Origin: Adineta vaga
Taxonomy: Eukaryota; Animalia; Rotifera
DNA: 64,000 nt
Assembly (NCBI GenBank): GCA_021613535.1
Contig: CP075492.1
Location: forward strand, 13,516,001 to 13,580,000
Reading direction: 5' to 3'
Shown here: positions 1-11,509 of the stretch, in pieces
How positions within the stretch are numbered: the stretch's first letter is position 1
How the letters are laid out: each line of letters begins with the position of its first letter
Notes under the pieces: model-generated
Told to the model about the DNA's origin: nothing
The model's input: only the letters and a program-made list of their open reading frames with translations
The model's database searches: none
Program-made: the position numbers and the translations under genes

Positions 1-206
1 GTTGTATAAAACGAGAGAGAAACACAAAACGATTCACATGTTTTATTTCTATTCTTTATTTCTCCTCTAAGGACATACACAATAATACATCAAAATATAA
101 GTATGTTTGTTTTTCATTACAAGACATTTGTATTAAGAAAATGGACACAATCATACACACATCATAGTTACATTTATTCATCCTTCTTTTCATAAGAAAT
201 TTTAAG

Positions 207-804
207 TTATTGACGACGACGATTAACGCCAGGCAATGGTAACCATTCGTTATTTTGTGGTACATAAGATTGTCCAATATAAGCTTGATTACTGTAAGGA
301 TATTGACCACCTAAACCTGATGAACTATATTGTCCAGTACCATAAGCATTAAATGCATTTGGATAAGCATAACTTGGTGCATTATAGCCAAATTCTAAAT
401 GAAAAAAGTTACTTTTAAACAAGAAGACAACCTATTTATCACATACGATAATCATATGGATATTGTGGAGGTCCAGGTACAAACCAATTATTACCAATTG
501 GTTGTAAATTGCTTCCTACAAAGAAATTTTGTTAATGTATAAATACAAAAAAAAGATAAGGATAACCTAAACCGAATAGACCCAGATTATAACGTATGTT
601 CGAATAACCACCAATTCCAGATCCATAATAAGCACTTGATCGTACATCTTGCCGCCGTTTTCGATATGATTTACTCTCAATAACTGAAATAAGTATCAAG
701 TTTTTTTAATTTTAACATCAAACAAAAATCTTAATCAATTTTAATAACTTACCCACAACAGAAATTATCAGTAGAAATACAATCACCTTGAATAAAGACA
801 TCAT
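207..804 (-). CDS. Small secreted Gly/Tyr-rich protein (4 exons) with signal peptide and RKRR cleavage site
   Basis: Manual splicing at GT-AG sites gives MMSLFKVIVFLLIISVV-VIESKSYRKRRQDVRSSAYYGSGIGGYS...EFGYNAPSYAYPNAFNAYGTGQY...RRRQ*. The last exon is ORF 207..422. Confidence 0.7.
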
Positions 805-1836
805 ATGTATATGTTCTCTATGATTATGAGACGATTGTAATCAATATACTTATATGTATATGTATATACATGTATTTATTAAAATAGCTTATTCGGCTTA
901 ATCGATACGTTCTCTCTTTTAGTACCATGAAAAGGAATCATTGTAAATTTTTTTTTCTTTCTTTCTTTTGAATATAAGGAGTATTATAGTCACAGAAGAA
1001 GAGAATAATATTGAAAATTGCCTTGAATATGATGCCATACTTACATGAAGTATACGTAACTATCAAGGTGAATATTCTACATTCTGTAAGGAACATATCT
1101 GTATATATATTTTATAGTAGCACGTCCTTTATTGAGTAAAGTAAAGAAGTAAAAATATGGTGTAGATTTATTTAATAATATTCATGAAAATAAAAATAAA
1201 ATGAAAACAAGAGAAATATTGTTAATTAATATGAAATGACGAAAGAATATTATCTTATTGAAATAGATGAGAATTTTACTGTCGAACAGAAAGTTTAGTC
1301 ATAATGTTTCTGTGTATCAAAGATAGTATATATCAATAGTAAACAAATTTTGTATTAAAAATAAGACACTTCATGAAATTTTCAACTTCAAACAAGAATA
1401 GTGAAGCACAAACATCGAAATATTTTAATTAGAATCAGTAAAAGGTGCATGAAATAGTGAAAAGCAATAATCTTCTCACAACATGATCGCTGTTATAACT
1501 ACGTTTCCTATTGATTATACAGACGTACAAACATATCAACATGGCTAAATATATTGCTTCATCAGTAAAATAGATTCATGTATAAATGATAATGATTTTA
1601 TTTTACTGATAGTCAAATAAGTACTTCACTTGAATTATGCTCGTTACAATAACATTGTAAATAGCTAGGAAGAATGAATAAAATCAATCATATCTATTAT
1701 CTCTATCTACATTCTAAAAAAAACATTTCTGTTTATACACACAATATCATATTTTAAATCTAAACGTTAGATGAACAGACATTAACATTATCGTCCATAA
1801 TATTTATGTGTGAAACAGCATTTGCTGTTGACACAG

Positions 1837-3277
1837 TTACTGCTGTGCCGATGGTTTCAAATACCAATCTTCGATAGGTAATGTACCTAGATCTCTAACC
1901 ATATGCCACATCAATATAATCCATATTAAACCAAACAAGAGGCAAACACCTATTTCGATTGAATATGCATAAGCTTTAGGTAACCATTCTGCAATGTACA
2001 ATACCAATGTTGACGATAAAGCATGTCCAAGATTGTATAATGTTGCTAATAAAGTCATATAAGTACCACCAATGCGTGGTTCACTAATACGAGCAAAAAA
2101 TCCAATGATTGATACTGTCATCAAGTAGACGAATAATTCATTTAGACAAAATAACACGATTAGGATAGGGTAAAAAAATGATGTCTGTAAAAGTTGCGGT
2201 GTGAAGAAGATGTAAATGGCCAAAATGAGACATGCAACTAAACGTGGAATATATCCTCTTGTGAACCATATCAGAGGACGACGTGTTTTACTTAAGCATA
2301 CAGGTGCCAGAAGTCGAGCTAGAATTAAGGGTATATTCACAAGAGCAAGTGTATCACGAGTGATACCGTATCTACAGAGAAAGACGATGTAATCTTGAAT
2401 ATATTCAAATTAAGAGAAAAAAAGAAATTTACCCTAATAATGTTAAATCTGTCATAAAATTAGTAGCAGCAAAGCCAATACTAAATGTTACTGTAATCAA
2501 AATTAATTTTTGCATACATCGTTTTTTTAATAGTTTTAATATATCCAAATAAGTTTCTAAGATTTTCAATTTTGCTTCCGGTTCATTTTTATAATTTGTA
2601 TCTGTTATTTTATTTGATTGTTTCTCATAAAATGACATGATTAGAAGTAAAATACTGACCACGAGAAATAGTATGGCCCAGAAAATTGTAAATTGTCGAA
2701 GAGAAAACAACCCATACGATTGGTTAGGTAATGAAAGAGGGCTACGAATATATTTGTTAGTAAAATTCGATGATTCAAATATCATTAATATTGTTGAACC
2801 AATAAATATTCCGAATGTTTGTCCAATAATTTGACATGTTGATGCCCATTGTGGATTGATATCATTAAATAATGAAACAGCCCAACCATCAACAACAATA
2901 TCTTGACTAGATATGAGAAAATATAAGACGAAGAAAACGCTTGTCAATGCAACAGCACGTAAATTAATTAATAGAGATTCCAAATAAAATGCTAAGATGA
3001 ACAGAATAATGCCGATGAAAAATTGAATTGGTATCAACCATGTTTGATGACGACCAAATCGACGGCTATAAACAGAATCCATTACAGGTGCCCATAGAAT
3101 TTTAAAACTGTATGGATATGAAACCCAACTAAAGGTTCCTTGTTCCTTCCATGATGCTTTGTACGAAGCAAGATACAATGGTATTGATTTTGCGAAACCT
3201 TGAATAAAGCCTTGTAAAAGATAAAGTATACAAACAATTGAAATATGCCATAGCAATACAATTCGTGTCGAAAACAT
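1837..3277 (-). CDS. SLC33A1: Acetyl-CoA transporter 1-like MFS permease (AmpG/SLC33A1 family)
   Basis: Motifs LYLLQG, SWVSYPYSFKILWAPVMDSVY, SQDIVVDGWA and RISEPRIGGTYMTLLATLYNLG. One intron at ~2372-2431 joins ORFs 2429..3301 and 1837..2340. The start codon is uncertain. Confidence 0.85.
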
Positions 3278-3687
3278 TTCATAAAGAATGATCTGTAACA
3301 ATTACACATTTCGTGACTTCATTTTATGTATATTAATAAGTGTTAAAGCCGACGGCGATGCAGAACGGGAAAAGAAAAAAAATCACATTGATCATATTGA
3401 ACACAATCTTGAAAAATATGAAAAGGTCAATCATGATTCACGATATTTACTCTTCTGCGATTGATTGATTCTTTTCACTTTATTCCCTCTGTTTACTTTG
3501 AGTCATAGAGTTATAGTTTGTAAGAATAGATTTCTTTATGCACATAAAATATTGATAATGAATAAACTGTTTTCATCACCACTATATCGTTCGTTCTATT
3601 TCTCTGACTCATAGATAATATAAAGTGTGGCCGTTTGTTTTTAACTACGATATAAACAAAGAAAAGTGTTTTTATACTCTGGTGTAA

Positions 3688-4358
3688 ATGTTTCATCAGT
3701 ATACTTCGAAAGATTTTGATTTCGTACCAATGAAATCAATTCCAATCAATTCTGAACGTTATTATCTGCTAAAGGATTGGATTTCATCAATGACTGATTC
3801 TGAAGATAATGAGAATGGATGTGATTTTTGGACATGGATTGAAAATAATAATGAATTATCTAAATCAGATTCAACGAATTTACTTAATACATTTTTTCTG
3901 TTTCTTTCCAATGATCGAAATCGTGTTATCGCTACAGGATCGATCGTCAGCGATGATCGAGATATGGGAAAGAAATTACAATTAGAAGATGGTATATGGA
4001 TTGGAGGAGTGAATGTCCATCGAGATTTTCGTGGAAAATCAATTGGAACAATTTTCGTTGAATATCTTGATAATTATATTCAACAAACAATCGATAAAGA
4101 TACTATGGTTTATCTATTCACCAATAATACTCAAGCGAAACGAATCTACAAACGGTATCAGTTTCAATCGAAAGGATTTATTCATGATGAGTCAATCAAT
4201 ACACAACAAAATGAATCGGTAAGCAAACATATATATATATATATACATACGAAGAAAGGATATATATATTTAATCAATGAATGTTAATTTAATAGGATGA
4301 ATTGAACGAACTTTTTGCCAAATGCTATCGAGCAGGAACATATGTTGGCAATCAATAA
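3688..4358 (+). CDS. GNAT-family N-acetyltransferase
   Basis: Acetyl-CoA motif A VNVHRDFRGKSIG, plus VYLFTNN..AKRIYKRYQF. Intron 4219-4295 leads to the final exon DELNELFAKCYRAGTYVGNQ*. Confidence 0.8.
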
Positions 4359-4524
4359 GAAAACTGTTTTCTTTAATAGACTTGTATCATCAGTTCAACA
4401 CACGAGTTAATTATATAATTATTATTTCGAAAATTATGCTTTTTCTATTCCTATTATGTTACATATCTAACATAAAAAAGTGTACTATAACAAAAAAAAA
4501 ACAACAACAACAGTAACTAAAAAG

Positions 4525-5283
4525 CTATTCATCATAGTAGCCACAATGTTCACAAGGTGAAGTAATACCATAAGTACCTATGATAAATTTTATATGTATA
4601 ATTTAAAAATATGTAACAGAGAATCTTACTTACATTTATTACATTTTCTACAATGCCATTCTCTCCAATCTCTACATTTTTGACATGTAGTACAATGCCA
4701 TTCCGAATCATCTTCCAAAATATCATTTCGACAAAATGAATAATAAAATTCTGATCCTCCTTGTGATAGAAGCATTTGAAGAAATGATTGAATAAGAGGT
4801 GTTCGTTCATCTTTAGCAGTTCGTCTCCATTCTCTTGTCCATTCTTGGAATTGTTCATCATTCAAACATATTTCTCGATAACTAAAATCAAATCAAATAT
4901 GAAAGAATGAATCCATCAATATGTATATATTACTTCGGATTTCGTCAAATATGTCGAACTAATGCATAACGATCGATTTTTGTTAATTCATCAAGATTTT
5001 TTGTTTTCCTTGCAAGCCATTTAGTAGAACATGGATGAGCAGCAGATTTTACATTTTCACCGAAGAAAAATTCCAAATGATTGAAAATATTCTGACATGA
5101 ATTACCACATTGACATAATGAACTGCATCGATGACCATATTTAAAACAAGGACACGAACGTTGTAAACAATCTGTTGTACAGCTACAATGATCTCTTTGA
5201 TCGTCATCGCCAAGACATAGTTCTGATGTTTTATCAATGATTATATCTTCACTTGTATTTTGTTGATCATTTTCATTTGACAT
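4525..5283 (-). CDS. Cys-rich protein (CXC/tesmin-like N-terminal motif, C-terminal WHC-repeat zinc-binding region) with an in-frame TGA
   Basis: [27 protein letters not shown] and [31 protein letters not shown]. Three exons splice in frame, but a TGA at 4945-4947 precedes the first donor. Confidence 0.6.
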
Positions 5284-5844
5284 AGTGGTAGAGAGTTTAA
5301 TATTCAATTTTGTTATCTACTTATCTTAACGTATTGAAAAGAATTAACGAAGAAACGATTCTTCTTGGGATATTTAAATTCGTAGAACATAGATGACCAA
5401 TCAGAAAATTTGTAGTTTCTTTGTTTTCTTTTATTTAAAAATTCTCAATCGCGACCAAATAAAATATTTCGATAGAAGGAGGACGCTATGAATTGATCTA
5501 TAAATTCAGATTCTGAAATGCGCATAGAAGATTCTACTGAAACCTAGTATTTCATCAATGATGAGCACGAAAAATCAAATGATTACTATTAGAATTGGTT
5601 CAGTTGAAAAACATTGGTTAATATTTGAGCTAACAGATATGTTATTCATATCTTGTCGCGGTACATTTATTAGGATACTATATTAATTAAAAATGTTAGA
5701 ATTACAAAAAAAAGAGTATTAAAGTTTTCATCATGGTTATGTATGTCGAGTTTGTCTACTTTCTATGAGATATTCTCTGAAAATATTATTTTCATGGGTT
5801 ATATACGAAGAACTAAAAATATGTCTATAAGAAACTAGGCTTGT

Positions 5845-6891
5845 TCAGCTACAACGTGGTTCGTTTGCTTCCACCGCTGCCGATATTGCTTGATTGTATT
5901 TTTCAGGATTTGAATCAAGACAACTTCCTGCTTCTAATCATATTTAAAAACAGTGAATGAATGGAGGTAAAAAATCAGAGAACATACCAGCATCAACTAC
6001 ATGACCACGCTCCGGTTGGTCTATGAGATCAACGATTATTTTCAAAACGTCGGCTAAGGACATTTGTACATAGTTTTTTCCCGCGTCCAGTAAAACAGTA
6101 CAAATCCTACCTGGAAATGAAGTGAAACAAAGTATGATCATATATATCTTAAACAAATCTGAGCACATTTAATAATATCTATGACTATGAAATCTATAAG
6201 ATTTTCTTTGCCTCATTATTGTAATACTCGGGTAATCTTAACTTTGATATGAATGGCATATTTTCATATCAATCCCACTCTCTTCCTCATCTACTCCCTA
6301 GCTGTTTCGAATATTCAAAGTCTTGACATTTTCACATTTTTACTTTCGATCTCAGTTGGAGAAATCGCATATTCGCATCTGTATGATAACAAATAATATA
6401 AAAACCTGACATTGGAGTGAAACCACTTATCCTCACGATCTCAACGTTAGCTTCTTCTAACTCTACATATGTAGTCGCAGTCATCCACATCCTGAAGACA
6501 AACAGTCTTCATTATATATTAGAGATAAAACTGACTTGATTAGATTCTACTCACCATCTTTATCAATATTTGGATGACGAAGTTGAATTTTCATATACAC
6601 TTCTGGTGGCTCATGGGGATATCCGTATGGCACCCGTAATTCTATTCTGAGACCTCGTCCTCCGAAAGGTTCAGTAGATGGATATATTAATCCAGTGATG
6701 GTTATAAATTGCGTTGATTGATTCGCGACACTGTTATTGCTACGTGAGTCAGATGGAGTATCATCATCTGAATCTTGCATAGAACAATTATCTAATTTAA
6801 ATATTTTCGACGTTGAAAAAGTACTTGCAGCCCAGTTTCTGAGATCCATATAATGTGTCCAAAGACGTTTAGCGTTATAAACACTCGCCAT
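5845..6891 (-). CDS. Ubiquitin-conjugating enzyme E2 (UBC fold), 3 exons
   Basis: PYGYPHEPPEV...HPNIDKDG|RICTVLL restores the HPN motif and catalytic Cys across a ~440-bp intron. Last exon EAGSCLDSNPEKYNQAI...*. Confidence 0.8.
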
Positions 6892-7299
6892 TGAATGTAC
6901 GACCAAACGTATTACAGTATCTATAAAAAAAAAAGGAAATTTACAACAATATTTTGTAACCTATAAAAGCAATAGATTTCAACTTAAAATGAACTTGTGA
7001 ATTGCTTCTTTTCGGCAAGTAGTTTTAGTTTCGCCTTTCTGAGAAATAGAAAAATGAAAATGAAAATTTGCTCAATTTTCGAAGCTGACACGAAATGAAG
7101 AAAAAACAAACCATACTTAGAACTGATTTTGTGCGAGTATGTCCGATGTTTTTCTCTCTCGCTCAAAATAAATTTCATGATGATCTTGCAAACAGGATTG
7201 TTGATGCAAATTATAGCCTTTCAAAAGAACGAAAAGGAAATAGAGAATGCAGAATGTAACCTGATTATATTCGAGTATGAATACGAATAGAATTTTGGA

Positions 7300-8143
7300 A
7301 TAAATAATATAGCGGAGATGCCCGCTGCAAATAGAACACAATTTACTTTTTCCATCTACAATTGTGCTTTTGTCACCACCTACTGGACCTCTCCGTTGGT
7401 ATTTACCCGTCATGTATCAAAAAACTCTCACACTCTCCTCTCCTGCCCTGCCTTAGCTGCTGTAATCCTTCAGATCGCCACTCAGAGCGAGTTACCTGTC
7501 TTCCACACGTCTTTCTCCTCCGTACTGAAACCCTCCTACTCCTATATCCCTTTTCACGTCATGCATCAGGTCTTTTTTTCAGAACTTTCCGCATCTCTTT
7601 ATTAGTTCTTTCCTACTGGTCTTGTCTCGCTATGCATACGACATACAGCTCTGTTCTTTTCAAAATGCACTCCTACCGTCCCGCTGCAACTCCAGTCCCT
7701 CGGTAGATCTGTTTATTCTCAGACGCTAGCTGCAAGTCATTCTCTAATTTATACACTTCACTTCGACGCCATACAGTTAGAGTAGTAAATTCACTCTAGA
7801 TTCAGTTTTTTTGAGAACCCAACCCAAGCATTGAAGTGGTCCATCCTGGATGCAGATAACAACGCTCCAACTCCTCGTTGACTATTCTAATTCCATGTCG
7901 ACCTTCCTGTGGATCTAAAGAAGCATTATGGAAAGTTTGGTGAGGTTATCTATCACGGAACTGCCTGGGTGAAATTTCACCCACGCTCCTCACCCCCACT
8001 CCCCAATGACCATTCTAACCCCACGTCGACCTGTCCTGGGACCTAAGGAAGCATCGTGGAAAGTTTGGTGATCGTGGCTATTACAGCGACTGAATGCATA
8101 GCGAATAAACAGACAAACAAACTTTCTTCTTTATGTATATAGA
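7300..8143 (-). mobile_element. Non-autonomous Helitron-like element (5' end at 8143; 3' end unresolved)
   Basis: The minus strand reads A|TCTATATACATAAAGAAGAAAGTTTGTTTGTCTGTTTATTCGCTATGCAT, the TC start plus GTTT microsatellite typical of Lep1-like Helitrons. The region is GC-richer than its flanks. A hairpin AGCGG..CCGCT lies at 7311-7326, but there is no clean CTRR end. Confidence 0.55.
7879..8071. repeat. Diverged direct repeat of ~65 bp (7879-7943 and 8007-8071)
   Basis: Both copies contain tgac.attctaa..cca.gtcgacct..c.t.gga.ctaa.gaagcat..tggaaagtttggtga. Confidence 0.85.
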
Positions 8144-8207
8144 TTAGGCAAAAAGAGAGGTGAATAGAAATACAAAAGAATATACAATACTTTATGGTAA
8201 GTATAAG

Positions 8208-8918
8208 TCAGTTTGAGAAGGTTCTAAACCCTCTCCTTTGATAAGTATTGCAGCGATTGCTTGTTGCAATCAATCCGTTTGTACCTTCAAGTTGATCCAG
8301 ATTATCACGAAAATCAGGTTGTACGAAATATGTTTCAGTCTGTTGAAGGTTTGGTTTCATTTTTTCTCGTCTATTAGCCTCTATTTCCAATTTTTGGGCA
8401 TGTTCAAGACATTTTAAAGCATGACGCGGTTCATCGACTGATAAAAAGATTTTTCCTCGTTCAATGAAATATTTAGAAATATCTCGCGTAAGTCGAACTA
8501 ACAAATTGGTATGAAAGTTAAACATTTTTATTAATTTGATGTAATGATCTGCCCAATCCACATGTAATCCAATATTATGGGCATATATGTAAATGTCGTG
8601 TACGTAAGGATATTCTTGAGCAATCATTGGTACAAGACAGCGACCCACTGAACCCGAGCAGATGACAAAAACTTTTTCATCTTTGTGGTTTGCTATTTCA
8701 CGTAAAGCATCATCAATAGTACGAACGACTGCGAGTGGGACCTTATCCGAACGTAGTTTTTCTATGTCGTCGTTCAAAATTGCCATATCAATTGGATCTG
8801 GTTGTCTCTTCGGTGTGCCAGTAGATGCTTCATTGAATTCATCTTGCATGGATTGATAACTGTCATTATTTTCAAAACTAACATCACACCAGACAATAAA
8901 TATCGACAAAATACTCAT
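8208..8918 (-). CDS. Receiver-like alpha/beta domain protein of the type found N-terminal to bdelloid TPR/ADP-ribosyltransferase proteins
   Basis: IFIVWCD...KVFVICSGSVGRCLVP...IYIYAHNIGLHVDWA..Y...IKMFNFHTNLL pattern, followed by a TPR-like helix pair. Family assignment is from recollection. Confidence 0.55.
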   Translation of the reverse strand: MSILSIFIVWCDVSFENNDSYQSMQDEFNEASTGTPKRQPDPIDMAILNDDIEKLRSDKVPLAVVRTIDDALREIANHKDEKVFVICSGSVGRCLVPMIAQEYPYVHDIYIYAHNIGLHVDWADHYIKLIKMFNFHTNLLVRLTRDISKYFIERGKIFLSVDEPRHALKCLEHAQKLEIEANRREKMKPNLQQTETYFVQPDFRDNLDQLEGTNGLIATSNRCNTYQRRGFRTFSN

Positions 8919-10274
8919 TGTGTTCTATGTGTTTTGAGAATAAATGCACACTATGTCTCACTGTAATATCTATTTGCTTATTGTTCGACGACCGCAGGAA
9001 AAATAGAAAAAAATCAGATGAAGAACGCAAAAAAGTTATTTTTATACTAATAGATACGACATGCGGATCATTTCTATTCTCTAAGAGAGAACAGACTTGC
9101 AACTCAATAAAGCATCATGTTGGTTTTCTATTTGCAATAAAGTTTTACGAAAGCATCGAATCACGCCAAGTCATAAAATGAGAAAAATATATATTTACGT
9201 ATATAGTTTTACCTGCGAGGATACGATTAAATGAAAATGAATTAAGTAATAAACTGTATCACTTCAGTTTAAGTAGACATTCTTACTCTTACCCTTCTTA
9301 TTAACGCAAAACTTTTGTAACATTGTCTACCGTTATACGAGATGAATTGGTATACTTTCATTCTGATCAAATAATCATCATTTATTATTAATTTTGTACC
9401 TTCTTTTTACCAAAATCATATCCAGATAAACGATATTGTACATTTTATATTTACGCATTGGAATTGAAGTAATGATTATGGAAGTATTCTTTTGGGCATC
9501 GTGTCACTTTCATGTTTCACCCAATATTTATACTGCGTATTTTCTCTCAAACTAAAAATATCGTTGAACTCAATAAATTCTATTATTTATTTGACAAATA
9601 ATTTACGTTTTGTAGAGTTCGAATATTCATCTGATTCAAGTAAAACAAAAATAAGTCTATTTTACTTGTTTTTATATCAAGTTACAGGTAGCAATAAATA
9701 AAAGACGGTAATTTAATATGAAACAAATATTGTCATCATAGTATTTTCAAAATAAATCGTAGAAGAAACATGTTTTTTCTTGTTAAACAGGATGAAAATC
9801 AAGAGTTCCGATCACTATGAATTATTTCATTTTAAAATCGATCTATAAAGACTTTTCAAACAGGCGTTTACGCGTGCTGTGAAATCGCCAGTTTTATTCA
9901 TCCTAGTATGAATCTCCGAGCCACAGTTGTCGACTGATGTGTCTGCCTAGAACCGCACTATAGTTTCCTCAATTGTTCAATAAAAATACCTTCAGGAGAC
10001 CGCGAGAGAAAAAAGAAAGACGTAGGTACGTAAAGAAATGAGTATAAATGGTTCTTTATCAAACTTTTACGAAGAAACTAAAAGAAAGAAAAACATATAA
10101 TTGACTATTTCAATCCGTTTTTTTTAAATGACAAAGAAAAAAATCGAGTTTAAAACAGTATAGTCGAAGACTTATCTTCTAAAAATATCGATCATAAATT
10201 TCTTGAACAGGCAATCAATCAAGCAGAATCATTCAACTTTTTATCAATTGATTTATATACACACAATATAGGAG

Positions 10275-10626
10275 TTATTTGTGAATTACTACAAAATGCT
10301 GATGATGGTAATAGTTGTACTCTTTATTGAAAAAATGAAGAAGTTGAATAGCTTGTTGGTTCTGTTCGCGAAGCACTCTCTTCAGAACTTTGTAAAAGAA
10401 ATCCATCACGTGTATACCAGCGAATAGCATCTTCTGAAACATATGTCTGATTAAACTCATCAACTACTTGTTGTATAGAAGGATTATCTTTATAAAGAAT
10501 ACGATATTCCTCAACAAATTTTTCTTTACAAGTTCGTGTAGGTTGAACTTCTTCTATAGCACGCATCAAGTGAATGTACCAATCTGTTACATATGAATAA
10601 GTATTCGATGTTGATCTGTCCACCAT
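10275..10626 (-). pseudogene. Frameshifted fragment of an ART-associated helical domain (AIxWYTRD-FLYKxLNxxLR family)
   Basis: EFNQTYVSEDAIRWYTRDG continues as FLYKVLKRVLREQN if one base is removed from the A-run at 10394-10397. No ART catalytic part follows. Confidence 0.6.
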
Positions 10627-11509
10627 TATGGACGCGCTTTATTAATGGAGGTAATTCATTTATCGAATTTGACTGAAAAATCGTAGAGTGAATACTTTTC
10701 GAAAGAGTCGAGAAGAGTTCGTTTAAGTCTTGAAATGGACCACGAAGCTACAGAAGTCAAATAATAAGAGTTATACTCTAAAAACGATGATTGATATTAC
10801 TTTAGGACATTTTACAAGTAATTGCGTATCGATATTCTTTTCGTTCGTATAATGATAAACATAAATTGAACGAATTTGATCCGAGTTGAACAATTGATCA
10901 GTATGATTGCCAAAAGCAATTGAATTTATAATGAGAAAGATATTTTATTCATTTGTATCTCTTATATCATCGAGATGCTGTGATATTTTTCGAAAATAAT
11001 CAATAATTCCACTAAAGATCGATCGACGAGTAGAATGTTTCTTACAAGATACTCTTTCAGGTTCTTTAAGATGACATTTTCCTTTGCTAATATGAATAGT
11101 AATCATAGAATTAATACAATTTTTCGAATTTAAACATGAGCAAAAGGTAAATTATCAGAGCATATCGCCATCTATTGGTAAGTAAGGTGTATAAAGGTAT
11201 GTCAAGCAATAATTGAGGTTCTTATCCACCTATAGATGAGATATGAGAACATAAAACCTTGATAAGTATTAACGTGAAAAACGTCCATTGTGTTGCTCCA
11301 CTAGTCAGGAGTTCTTTCGGGTGCGAGGATACCGATCAATGTTTGTTAAATTGTGTCATTTATACACTCTCGATCATAGTTGGAAAGAAAACAACGATCA
11401 GCAGAATGAAAAAATAGAAGTAAAATGCAACAGTAATCGTCCACAAAAGTTGCAAAATGACATGATTCATTAAGCTCGTAAAGATGGTTTTTGCTTCCTT
11501 TCAGATTCT

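Noticed and set aside
7117-7706. Overlapping ORFs 7117..7413, 7318..7605 and 7362..7706
   Set aside because: They lie in or overlap the GC-richer repeat-like element, have no recognisable motifs, and are probably chance ORFs.
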